Source of the DNA: Calothrix sp. FI2-JRJ7
Lineage (GTDB): Bacteria; Cyanobacteriota; Cyanobacteriia; Cyanobacteriales; Nostocaceae
Length of the DNA: 32,000 nt
Reading direction: 5' to 3'
NCBI GenBank assembly: GCA_019359675.1
Contig: JAHHGX010000022.1
Span: forward strand, 4,549 to 36,548
Shown: in pieces, positions 1 through 8,559 of the stretch
Layout of the letters: every line of letters starts with the position of its first letter
How positions within the stretch are numbered: the stretch's first letter is position 1
Notes under the pieces: generated by a model
What the model saw: only the letters and a program-made list of their open reading frames with translations
The model's database searches: none
What the model was told of the DNA's origin: nothing
Position numbers and translations under genes: made by a program

Positions 1-1
1 T

Positions 2-133
2 TTATGTGCCTCACGTTGGAAAGAAGCTCTTAATGCTGGGGTGGCGCCATCGGTTGTGTTAGCATCAACGCATGAGAAGGCTTTGGAGTATGTAGCGCTA
101 GAAGTGTTACAAGAATATGCTGTAGGAAATTAA
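2..133 (+). CDS. 3' end of an unidentified gene entering from upstream of the window (partial)
   Basis: This is the only frame open from the window edge. It reads ...ASTHEKALEYVALEVLQEYAVGN and ends at TAA 131-133. The other two + frames hit stops within about 60 nt. Product not recognised. Confidence 0.35.
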   Translation, partial: LCASRWKEALNAGVAPSVVLASTHEKALEYVALEVLQEYAVGN

Positions 134-136
134 CCT

Positions 137-173
137 TGTGGGGTGGGCTTTGATTGCCCGCCCATTCCCCACA
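137..173 (+). terminator. GC-rich stem-loop after the partial CDS (possible terminator, no U-tract)
   Basis: TGTGGGG (137-143) pairs with CCCCACA (167-173), with inner GGGC/GCCC pairs. It is followed by gaattac rather than a T-run. Confidence 0.3.
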
Positions 174-533
174 GAATTACATAAATTCCATCTTTGGATA
201 GAAGAATAAATTATAAAAGTATGTATAAAAGTTTGTCATTACTGAGAATAAGACGTAAAAATAATTACTAAATACGGAATATTAAGAGCGAAAAGAATGG
301 TGAATTGGTGATAGATGGATGATTTTGTTTGAATAGAGCAAAAAAATCATAAATAAAAAACTAAAAAAGATTTTTTGTAAGCAATTACCTGTAATATTTT
401 ACTGGTAATTCACCGTGTAAAAAATTCATGAAGTTATCTGGGGGCTGAGTTGTTTATATTTAGAGCAATCGGCGCCTGTAGATAGAAGAGTGGGTTTTTT
501 GCAATATCACTCAAATTAAAATATCAGAAAACC

Positions 534-2165
534 ATGAATGCAACTTGGCAACATATCAACCAAGTAATGGACTTTGGTTTTTGGATAAGCGCGCAGCAAC
601 ATTTAGCACAAGCGTCGCCGAGTCTAGCAGCAAATCAAACAGTTGATTACTTACAAGGGATAGCCCAACAGGTAGTAGGGTTTTTGCCGCGATTATTAGG
701 CGCCGTTTTGATACTGCTGGTTGGTTGGCTAATAGCTGCTGTCGCTGCTGCCATTGTGCGAGGAATTCTTAACCGCACAAAGATAGATAACCGTATTGCG
801 GCAAGCGTTACAGGTAGAGATGCACCTCAAGTTGAGGGATTTATCTCTAGTTTGGTGTTTTGGAGCGTTTTATTACTAACGATAGTAGCTGTTCTTGACA
901 CGTTAGACTTACGTGTAGCATCGCAACCTCTCAACAGTTTCCTTAACCAAATTGGTACTTTTTTACCCAAACTCGTTGGCGCCGGAATACTCTTGGCTAT
1001 TGCTTGGGCAGTTGCAACTATCGTCAAGCTAATAACTGTACGTGGGTTAGATGCAGCACGTATTGACGAACGTATAAATTCGCCAAGTGACGAAAGAACA
1101 GGTATAAACCAGTTATCGCTTTCAGAAACGATAGGTAATGCGCTTTACTGGTTTATATTTTTAATGTTTTTGGTTCCAGTCCTCGATACGTTGGGACTGC
1201 AACAAGCGTTAGTACCAGTACAGTCGCTAATTACTCAAATTATTTCGATTCTGCCAAATATTCTTGCCGCAGCTTTAATTGCAGCAGCTGGTTGGTTTCT
1301 TGCCAATGTTGTGCGACGAATTGTTACAAATTTGTTAGCAACGACAGGTATAGACCACATGGGGAGTCGCTTTGGTTTGAGTAATGCATCTGGAGCGCAG
1401 ACGCTATCGAGTATCATCGGCACAATTGTTTATGTGTTGATTTTGATACCTGTAGCAATTTCTGCATTGACTGCGTTACAAATTGAGGCTATTTCAGTAC
1501 CTGCCATTGCAATGCTGCAACAGGTGCTAGGGGCAGTACCATTAATTTTCACCGCTGCAACGATTTTGATTGTCGCTTACTTCGTAGGACGCTTTGTATC
1601 TGAATTAGTTACAAGTATTCTTACTAGTATTGGATTTAACAATATCTTCAGCATTATTGGTTTACCGTCTTTAAATCGCCCTGTTGTTACATCTGTAAGC
1701 ACTACACCAAGGGCGCCAGCGAAAACACCATCGGAAATTGCGGGCATAGTAGTGCTGGTGGGTATAATGTTATTCGCCACGGTTGCAGCAGTAAATGTCC
1801 TAAATATTGCAGCCTTAACAGTGTTAGTCACTGGAATTTTGGTTATTCTAGGAAGAATTTTAGCAGGGTTGATAATATTTGCGATTGGTTTGTTCTTTGC
1901 AAATTTAGCGTTTAGCATTATTGCGAGTACAGGTAATGCTCAAGCGCGAATTCTCGGACAAGTAGCGCGAATTTCTATTATTACCTTAGTATCGGCAATG
2001 GCTTTACAACAAATAGGTGTAGCTCCCGATATCGTCAACCTCGCATTCGGATTACTCTTAGGAGCTATAGCTATAGCTATCTCGCTTGCCTTTGGTTTAG
2101 GTGGACGCGATATCGCACGCTCTCAAGTTCAAGAATGGCTCGACTCTTATAAGAGTAAAAGTTAA
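534..2165 (+). CDS. Polytopic membrane protein, conserved-TM-helix-repeat / mechanosensitive-channel-like
   Basis: 543-aa ORF with an ATG start. It has many hydrophobic helices separated by short charged linkers (for example LILLVGWLIAAVAAAIVRGILNRTKIDNRIA, recurring in variant form). A strong terminator follows. It contains 3 GGCGCC sites. Confidence 0.75.
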   Translation: MNATWQHINQVMDFGFWISAQQHLAQASPSLAANQTVDYLQGIAQQVVGFLPRLLGAVLILLVGWLIAAVAAAIVRGILNRTKIDNRIAASVTGRDAPQVEGFISSLVFWSVLLLTIVAVLDTLDLRVASQPLNSFLNQIGTFLPKLVGAGILLAIAWAVATIVKLITVRGLDAARIDERINSPSDERTGINQLSLSETIGNALYWFIFLMFLVPVLDTLGLQQALVPVQSLITQIISILPNILAAALIAAAGWFLANVVRRIVTNLLATTGIDHMGSRFGLSNASGAQTLSSIIGTIVYVLILIPVAISALTALQIEAISVPAIAMLQQVLGAVPLIFTAATILIVAYFVGRFVSELVTSILTSIGFNNIFSIIGLPSLNRPVVTSVSTTPRAPAKTPSEIAGIVVLVGIMLFATVAAVNVLNIAALTVLVTGILVILGRILAGLIIFAIGLFFANLAFSIIASTGNAQARILGQVARISIITLVSAMALQQIGVAPDIVNLAFGLLLGAIAIAISLAFGLGGRDIARSQVQEWLDSYKSKS

Positions 2166-2205
2166 ATAATAGTAAGTTAGAGTTCAGATTTTTAGTTCAG
2201 TTCAG

Positions 2206-2240
2206 AAACCCGACTTCTTACATAAGAAGTTGGGTTTTTT
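2206..2240 (+). terminator. Rho-independent terminator of the 534-2165 gene
   Basis: AAACCCGACTTCTTA pairs with TAAGAAGTTGGGTTT (one G-U pair), followed by a run of six T (2235-2240). Confidence 0.85.
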
Positions 2241-2258
2241 GCAACAGATGCCTCAATT

Positions 2259-2396
2259 GTCATGCTGAACGTAGTGAAGCATCTCTATATGATATGTAGG
2301 TTATAACAGTCCTAAATAATCTGTAAAATTTATTTAATCACAAAGGCACAAAGGACACAAAGAAAGAAAATAAGATGCTTCGTACCTCAGCATGAC
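2259..2396. mobile_element. MITE-like element, GTCATKCTGAGC-terminus family (138 bp, non-coding)
   Basis: Terminal inverted repeats are GTCATGCTGAACGTAGTGAAGCATC (2259-) and GATGCTTCGTACCTCAGCATGAC (-2396). The interior has RCACAAAG tandem octamers. Related copies lie at 14301-14400, 3107-3131 and 10152-10161. Confidence 0.6.
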
Positions 2397-2440
2397 ACAA
2401 GTTGGTATTTTATCTGTTTATAGGGCAGCAATGCGTAACT

Positions 2441-3037
2441 TTAATTTAAAATTTGCATAAATATCCCTAATAAATGGTCAATTGGGCGAAGTGCTATTTC
2501 ATAAATATCAATATATAGTTTTTGTTGTTCTAATTTTAGAAACTTCCATAAAATTCCAGTGGTAATACATCCGTAAATAGTATCTAGCGTCTGATTATTT
2601 TTTTGATTAAATATTTGTGCAGCTATCATTTCTGAAGCGCATTGTCCTAACCCGCTATTAATATCTTGATTTTTCGCTTCTACTAGTACCATAACAGGCG
2701 CCTTGATATAATACTGTTCAGGACTAGTGCTAATTAAAAAATCTGGTGAACCATTTAAACCTTTTGTAATATCAACGTTAAACTCTTTTCCAGAAAATAG
2801 AGATATACTATAATCACTTTTGCGTTTTACTTCTAGCAGTACAGGAAATATAATTAACTCACCGCGTGCTTTCTCAGTATTAATAGCTGTGGCAAGCGGT
2901 ACGTTTTCATCCAACGTCATCATCAAAAAGTCACTTGGCTTTACTGGTTCGACATTGGTAAATAATTGTATCCTTTCTTCTAAAGTTAAACTAAATTGTT
3001 CGACGACATCTTGTAATGAAAAAGAACTATAAGGCAT
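2441..3037 (-). CDS. PD-(D/E)XK-fold protein (HsdR-N-terminal-like nuclease domain), function unknown
   Basis: 198-aa ORF. The D...ExK signature is SPDFLIS ... VMVLVEAKNQD ... GQCASEM, laid out as in HsdR N-terminal-like domains. Confidence 0.6.
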   Translation of the reverse strand: MPYSSFSLQDVVEQFSLTLEERIQLFTNVEPVKPSDFLMMTLDENVPLATAINTEKARGELIIFPVLLEVKRKSDYSISLFSGKEFNVDITKGLNGSPDFLISTSPEQYYIKAPVMVLVEAKNQDINSGLGQCASEMIAAQIFNQKNNQTLDTIYGCITTGILWKFLKLEQQKLYIDIYEIALRPIDHLLGIFMQILN

Positions 3038-3045
3038 ATTCTTAA

Positions 3046-3085
3046 TTACCTTTGTCGTTTAAGTTTGGTTTTGTTTGTAGTTTTT
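3046..3085. repeat. About 40-bp duplicate of the 3' end of the GTPase gene (copy of 3178-3217)
   Basis: ttacctttgtcgtttaagttt..ttttgtttgtagtt occurs at 3046 and again at 3178, 132 bp apart. The copies differ by 2 substitutions and a 1-nt indel. Confidence 0.8.
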
Positions 3086-3106
3086 ATTTGATACGGTATA
3101 AATCTA

Positions 3107-3131
3107 GATTCTTCGCTGCGCTCAGAATGAC
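3107..3131. repeat. Solo right terminus of the GTCATKCTGAGC MITE family
   Basis: gattcttcgctgcgctcagaatgac matches the right TIR of the 14301-14400 and 2259-2396 elements. No left partner is nearby. Confidence 0.55.
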
Positions 3132-3177
3132 ATACATATTTATACGCTATCCGTTACATCCGTTATATCCGTTGCCA

Positions 3178-4647
3178 TTACCTTTGTCGTTTAAGTTTAA
3201 TTTTTGTTTGTAGTTCTTCTTTAATCCTATTTAAAATTGATTCTTCGTCTAAGTTTTCTAATATCTTACTAATTACAAATTTTGGTCCATCCGAACCCCA
3301 TGTGGCGCCATTTGCAAGATAAGTTTTGGTAACATGTCCAATAGCATACGTAGAAAATCCGGCTACACCTGCCTGCGTAATTGCCACAGTAGCATAGGCG
3401 CCTAACGATAAACCTCCTGTAGCGGGTGCTGATATTCCTAGTAGTGTTTTTAATGAGCTTAAACCGAAGTTCGCTAGTAGTTCACTTGCCGAAATGCCAC
3501 CCATAGAAAGAGCAATTTTTTGCAGCAACTTAACGGCGCCTGCTTCGCTCATTGGAATACCATATAATTTAGACAAGCCAATAATTAATACTATATCTAT
3601 AACGGCGCCGCTTAATATATCTACTACAGTAATAGGGTTAAGGGCAATTGCCACAGCTTTTGTCATTGTCGCACGCCATATAAACGTATTTGCAGCAGCT
3701 TCGCGAATTGCTAGTTTGCGCTGCACTAACTGTTCGTTCACAACGTCAGCATATATCATCGAGTTTAGAGCAACCAGCGCTTTACCCTCACGGTGCAATA
3801 TCTCTAAAATCTTTAACTTTAAATCTTCTACCCGTGCTGTTCCTGTTCGTAACTGTACCCTTCGTGTACCATCAGGATTTTGTATTAGTGCGCGTACTAC
3901 TGGGGAAGCTGCTGACATGACTATTTCATCGGGGGATACTAGTTCCCGTACCCTTTCATCACGAATTTTTTCATAAATTGCCATGCGGTCAGCTTCAGGA
4001 TATTGGTCAATTTTATTAAAGACTAATAATATGGGTTTACCTGCATCACGCAACTGCGATAGTGCTTCATGCTCAACCTTCGTCATGTCACCCGATATTA
4101 AAAACAATATTAAATCGGCTTGCTTTGCGATATTCTGGGCTAAAGCTGCACGTGTTTCTCCATCAACTTCATCTAATCCAGGTGTGTCAATTAATTCCAC
4201 TTGCGATTGACCACCACTTTTTAACCGCACTCGCAACGCTCTTTCGTTGGCGCCGAATGTTTCTTCTGTTATACTCCAGTTTACACTTTGAGCAGAACGA
4301 GTCACACCATGTAAAGGACCCGTCTCAAAAACGTTTTGACCAACCAACGCATTTAATAAAGACGACTTACCACGTCCGACCATTCCAAACGCTGCTATTT
4401 GCACCACCATACGGTCGAGCTTTGACAGCATATTTTCTAAATCATTAATTTCGCTCTCTAAACCCTGCTGTTCAGTTGGTGTTAAGTCCAGCTTAGTCAC
4501 CATGTTACGTAGAGCAGCTTGTGCTTGACGGTAGTTTAACTCGGTCTGTATCTCATCAAAACTAAATATAGCTTTATCCATTTCCTCTTCCCATACCTGG
4601 GAAGTATCGTTTGTATGGTTAGAGTCTGGAGGCGTAGTCGAAGTCAT
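3178..4647 (-). CDS. GTP-binding protein with C-terminal DUF697-like membrane-associated domain
   Basis: 489-aa ORF. G1 is GMVGRGKSSLLNALVG, G3 is DTPGLDE, G4 is NKID. It has an N-terminal coiled-coil and a hydrophobic, glycine-rich C-terminal third. Confidence 0.8.
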   Translation of the reverse strand: MTSTTPPDSNHTNDTSQVWEEEMDKAIFSFDEIQTELNYRQAQAALRNMVTKLDLTPTEQQGLESEINDLENMLSKLDRMVVQIAAFGMVGRGKSSLLNALVGQNVFETGPLHGVTRSAQSVNWSITEETFGANERALRVRLKSGGQSQVELIDTPGLDEVDGETRAALAQNIAKQADLILFLISGDMTKVEHEALSQLRDAGKPILLVFNKIDQYPEADRMAIYEKIRDERVRELVSPDEIVMSAASPVVRALIQNPDGTRRVQLRTGTARVEDLKLKILEILHREGKALVALNSMIYADVVNEQLVQRKLAIREAAANTFIWRATMTKAVAIALNPITVVDILSGAVIDIVLIIGLSKLYGIPMSEAGAVKLLQKIALSMGGISASELLANFGLSSLKTLLGISAPATGGLSLGAYATVAITQAGVAGFSTYAIGHVTKTYLANGATWGSDGPKFVISKILENLDEESILNRIKEELQTKIKLKRQR

Positions 4648-4916
4648 AACGATTTTAGATTTTTATATAACTATTATCTTTAATCCTAATAATTTTTAAG
4701 GACGCATAACCGTAATTCTTCGTTTGTGTTCTTTGTGGTTGATTCCTTTTACACAATATTCAATAGTATATTTATTTACCACAGAGACACAGAGTTTACA
4801 GAGAGAAGAGGTTTAATAACCGTAAATGTTAACAAGGTGAACATAGCTGATGATGGGCAAATCTTTAATTATCACGCAATAAAGAGTCATCAAGCAATTT
4901 ACAAATTGCCTGATTA

Positions 4917-5135
4917 TCAAACAAATTCGCAATAAAACTGCGCTAAAATACAAATCGTATCGTTTCGTTTATATACAAAATTCGGCGCCTTTGTAATAGG
5001 GGTATTAGAATTTTTCGTGACTATACGAGCAAGTTCGATACTAGAAGCTGCCAGTTGTCGTAAAATATCAGGATGGGTGTTTATGTCTGCTGCCTGTTCG
5101 ATTAGAGAATTTGACATAAATTTTAGGTAGGTCAC
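4917..5135 (-). CDS. Small ORF, possibly a fragment of an NPNTP-type (leucine-rich-repeat-variant-like) repeat protein
   Basis: 72-aa ORF. INTHPDILRQLAASS...VTKNSNTPI resembles LRV/HEAT-like repeats. It is short with no clear RBS and could be a remnant. Confidence 0.25.
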   Translation of the reverse strand: MTYLKFMSNSLIEQAADINTHPDILRQLAASSIELARIVTKNSNTPITKAPNFVYKRNDTICILAQFYCEFV

Positions 5136-5162
5136 GCGAGATTCCCTAATCGTTTCATCGAA

Positions 5163-6140
5163 TCAAGTTGTATAGCTAGCGATTTTCTGTGATGCTAACC
5201 ATACATTGGTAACAGTATACTTTGCAAACACTGAATCTTTGGTGGCGCCGCATGAACCTTTGAGTTCAACAGTCTTTTTAACGTCTTTAAACAATTGCGC
5301 CTGATGACAGTATATAGAACCATCGGGTTTTTCAAAAGTCAGTTCGGCAATAATATTACTATTGTCTTCGCTTACCTCAACGATTCTACCAGCAACTTTA
5401 TAACTGAACCAGTCCCAACCGTAACGCAATATTAACTCTCGTTCCAAAACTTGGATTTCGGGTGGTAAAACCCCCCACCCCCGATACACCTGATTCAAAC
5501 ATTCGATATTACCGATGCGGGTGAGTATGGCTTTAAAAATATCTGGTTTCAAGGCGCCATAATATCTACCATCGGGTAAGTCTATCGCAGTTGGAGCAAA
5601 TCGATGCCCGCCAAAATGCGTAGTTTTCCACATCCGCACAGTATCGGGATATAAATTAGATACTAATTCGGAAGCGTAAAAATGAAAAGGGGCGCCGTAT
5701 CTAGCACAACAACGGTCATGACTACCGTGGGCACATACTAAAATATCTCGCTTTACACTTGTTTCAACTTCATGCTCAACAACATTACCGAGCAACCACT
5801 TTTTGACCAAACCAGCAACTTGTTCAATATTCGGCAAACTATATTCTTGTTTACGATATCCACTTCCTAAACCGTCCTTACGTTGATATATCAAAAGCGT
5901 TGTACGATTCGATTTATGAGATAGATTATTGGCTATCAACAAGAACTTTATAGGCAATCGCGCACGTTTGACTTCTTCTACTAAGTTTTTTAAGTTACTT
6001 GGAACCCACTTAGAATCAAACGCTTCAGATGCCCAAGGTGGAGGACACTCTACTAATATATAAGTTTGATGGTTGGCTGCACTGCCAATGATGTCTTCTC
6101 CCAAAGAACGCGCATTATCTGAACAAAAGAAATTACTCAT
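5163..6140 (-). CDS. Sucrase/ferredoxin-like (thioredoxin-like [2Fe-2S]) family protein
   Basis: 325-aa ORF. It has the characteristic VCAHGSHDRCCARYGAPF cysteine cluster and a later THFGGHRFAP motif. Confidence 0.7.
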   Translation of the reverse strand: MSNFFCSDNARSLGEDIIGSAANHQTYILVECPPPWASEAFDSKWVPSNLKNLVEEVKRARLPIKFLLIANNLSHKSNRTTLLIYQRKDGLGSGYRKQEYSLPNIEQVAGLVKKWLLGNVVEHEVETSVKRDILVCAHGSHDRCCARYGAPFHFYASELVSNLYPDTVRMWKTTHFGGHRFAPTAIDLPDGRYYGALKPDIFKAILTRIGNIECLNQVYRGWGVLPPEIQVLERELILRYGWDWFSYKVAGRIVEVSEDNSNIIAELTFEKPDGSIYCHQAQLFKDVKKTVELKGSCGATKDSVFAKYTVTNVWLASQKIASYTT

Positions 6141-6745
6141 TTACCTGTACTACACTTTTTTATATACGGACAAAGAATTTTAAGTTTTTTTACACAGAGT
6201 TTGTTAAAAAGGCGCCCTTATTCAAATGATAAACTCGCATCTATCATCTACCATTCGAGCGATATCAACTAGGGTTTAATTAAGATTCTCTAACATTTTG
6301 CGATATCAAGCCATCTTTCTTCAGAAACATATCGATAACTTTTATCAACAATTTAAAAACAATATAAATATAGAGCAATATATCTGCTCATCCTTAGTTT
6401 TATTGCTTAAGGTTGATTGACAAAAAGGTATGTTTGCTCAGTAATAGCATCACATTTTAGAAATGTCCACTTTTAAGACTTATTTATGTTTTTGTGCGGA
6501 ATTTAAAGTTAACCTCCTGAACACTTAACTGTATTTGGCTTTTTAAGTTTATGCCTCGACTCTAACTCAAGTCAGAAAAATTTGCAAGTAGTTGCAACTC
6601 TTTCTCTTTTATTTTTATAATTACAGGCGCCTATGAACAGATTAAACGTTGATTAAATGTGATTTATGAACAAATTATAAAGTTCATAGACAATAATCTA
6701 TGTCTAAAATAAGATAAAAAACTTTCGCAATAAAATAATACGAAC

Positions 6746-6807
6746 GTAGGGTGCGTAACGCTATAACAATATTTCATCGAAGCGATAATCTTCTAGCGTT
6801 ACGCACC
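6746..6807 (+). repeat. GTAG-hairpin repeat (REP-like unit), copy A
   Basis: GTAG plus GGTGCGTAACGCTA (6750-6763), a 30-nt loop, then TAGCGTTACGCACC (6794-6807), giving a perfect 14-bp stem. It is flanked by a 23-bp direct repeat, ctttcgcaataaaat..acgaa, at 6722-6744 and 6815-6837. Confidence 0.8.
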
Positions 6808-6887
6808 ATAAATCCTTTCGCAATAAAATCAGACGAATTGGCAGTAAAGTTAGGATAGTAAGATTCGCAGAAAAAGATGAGCGTATT

Positions 6888-7628
6888 ATGGCAGTTGCTT
6901 ATTTCAGCTTTTATGCAGAGCTAAACGATTTTTTACCCCGACATAAAAGAGAGGTTCGCATCAGTCATAACTTTACTCTTCGGGCATCTGTCAAGGATGT
7001 GATAGAATCCTTTGGGGTACCGCATCCGGAAGTGCATAGTATAGAAGTGAACTCAAAATTTGTTGATTTTACTTATATAGTGCAGGATGAAGACAATATA
7101 AACGTCTATCCTATCTCACTTGGTGCAACAGTCAAGGCAAGTATATCAGTTCAACCGCAACCAGAGACTTATAACTTTGTCTTAGATATCCATTTAGGAA
7201 AACTTGCAAATTCTTTACGGTTGTTGGGGTTTGACACGTTATACCGTAATGACTACGAAGACAAGGAACTTGCACGAGTTTCCAGTAGTGAGAATCGAAT
7301 TTTGCTAACGCGCGACAAAGGATTGTTGATGCGGAGTATAGTAGTGTACGGTTACTACGTTCGACAAACTGACCCGAACAAGCAAATAGTCGAATTGATT
7401 CAAAGATTTAACTTATTAAAACACGTGGCGCCGTTTCGTCGATGCATTCGTTGTAACGGATTGTTAAGCCAAGTAAACAAAGAGTTGGTAATATCAGAGA
7501 TACCAGAAACCGTCAAAAAACTCAACGATGAATTCCACCGTTGTCAAAATTGCCATCAGGTTTACTGGAAAGGTTCGCACTACGACCAGTTACACTCATT
7601 TATCGATAGGATATTAAAAGACACGTAG
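6888..7628 (+). CDS. Mut7-C RNase (PIN-like) domain protein with N-terminal ubiquitin-like domain and C-terminal zinc ribbon
   Basis: 246-aa ORF. FVLDIHLGKLANSLRLLGFDT and LLTRDKGLL are typical of Mut7-C. The zinc ribbon is CIRCNG...CQNCHQVYWKGSHY. The TAG stop (7626-7628) lies inside the GTAGGG terminus of the adjacent repeat element. Confidence 0.8.
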   Translation: MAVAYFSFYAELNDFLPRHKREVRISHNFTLRASVKDVIESFGVPHPEVHSIEVNSKFVDFTYIVQDEDNINVYPISLGATVKASISVQPQPETYNFVLDIHLGKLANSLRLLGFDTLYRNDYEDKELARVSSSENRILLTRDKGLLMRSIVVYGYYVRQTDPNKQIVELIQRFNLLKHVAPFRRCIRCNGLLSQVNKELVISEIPETVKKLNDEFHRCQNCHQVYWKGSHYDQLHSFIDRILKDT

Positions 7629-8437
7629 GGTGCGTAACACTATAACAATATCTCAAAGAAGCGATAATTTCGTAGCGTTACGCACCATATATATTGGTTA
7701 CAATTATGGTTTGCGGTGCGTAACGCTATAAATCACACACCATATATATTGATTACAATTATGGTTTGCGGTGCGTAACGCTATAAGTCACACACCATAT
7801 ATATTGATTACAATTATGGTTTGCGGTGCGTAACGCTATAAATCACACACCATATATATTGATTACAATTATGGTTTGCGGTGCGTAACGCTATAAGTCA
7901 CACACCATATATATTGATTACAATTATGGTTTGCGGTGCGTAACGCTATAAGTCACACACCATATATATTGATTACAATTATGGTTTGCGGTGCGTGACG
8001 CTATAAGTCACACACCATATATATTGGTTACAATTATGGTTTGCGGTGCGTAACGCTATAAGTCACACACCATATATATTGATTACAATTATGGTTTGCG
8101 GTGCGTGACGCTATAAGTTACACAGTATATATATTGATTACAATTATGGTTTGCGGTGCGTGACGCTATAAGTCACACACCATATATATTGGTTACAATT
8201 ATGGTTTGCGGTGCATGACGCTATAAGTTACGCACTATATATATTGGTTACAATTATGGTTTGCGGTGCATGACGCTATAAGTTACGCACTATATATATT
8301 GGTTACAATTATGGTTTGCGGTGCGTGACGCTATAAGTTACACACTATATATATTGGTTACAATTATGGTTTGCGGTGCGTGACGCTATAAGTCTTATCG
8401 CTACGTTGAAGTTTTTTCGTAGCGTCACACACCCTAC
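7625..8437. mobile_element. REPIN-like composite: two inverted GTAG-hairpin units bracketing a 55-bp tandem array
   Basis: The left end is GTAGGGTGCGTAACACTA (7625-). The right end is TAGCGTCACACACCCTAC (8420-8437), its inverted complement. The flanks extend the symmetry (cac.../...gtg). There is no ORF inside. Confidence 0.7.
7687..8395 (+). repeat. Tandem array of 12 full units plus one partial unit, exact 55-bp period
   Basis: The unit is atatatattgRttacaattatggtttgcggtgcRtRacgctataaRtYaCRCaSY. Unit starts fall at 7687, 7742, 7797 ... 8347 with no indels. Variation is confined to about 6 positions, and neighbouring units share variants (units 10 and 11 are identical). Confidence 0.95.
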
Positions 8438-8559
8438 GTGCCTGATTGGGTTTGTTGGTTGTTTTGGGTGAGATGTGCGAGAATAAGAAACAAATAAACA
8501 GTCTTCGATACATTTGTTAACAAAGAGAATTTATAGAATGTTGAAATTAAGGCAGAATT

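Noticed and set aside
827-1918. Minus-strand ORFs (66, 62 and 113 aa) inside the membrane-protein gene
   Set aside because: They are antisense shadows within a continuous 543-aa hydrophobic ORF that has its own terminator.
4726-4935. 69-aa ORF on the plus strand
   Set aside because: It spans an intergenic repeat (ccacagagacacagag, giving HRDTEFTERRG) and AT-rich spacer. It has no RBS and no recognisable fold.
7687-8395. Regular repeat array that at first glance could be a CRISPR
   Set aside because: The full 55-bp period is conserved from unit to unit, so there are no unique spacers. No cas genes are in the window, and the units derive from a dispersed hairpin repeat.
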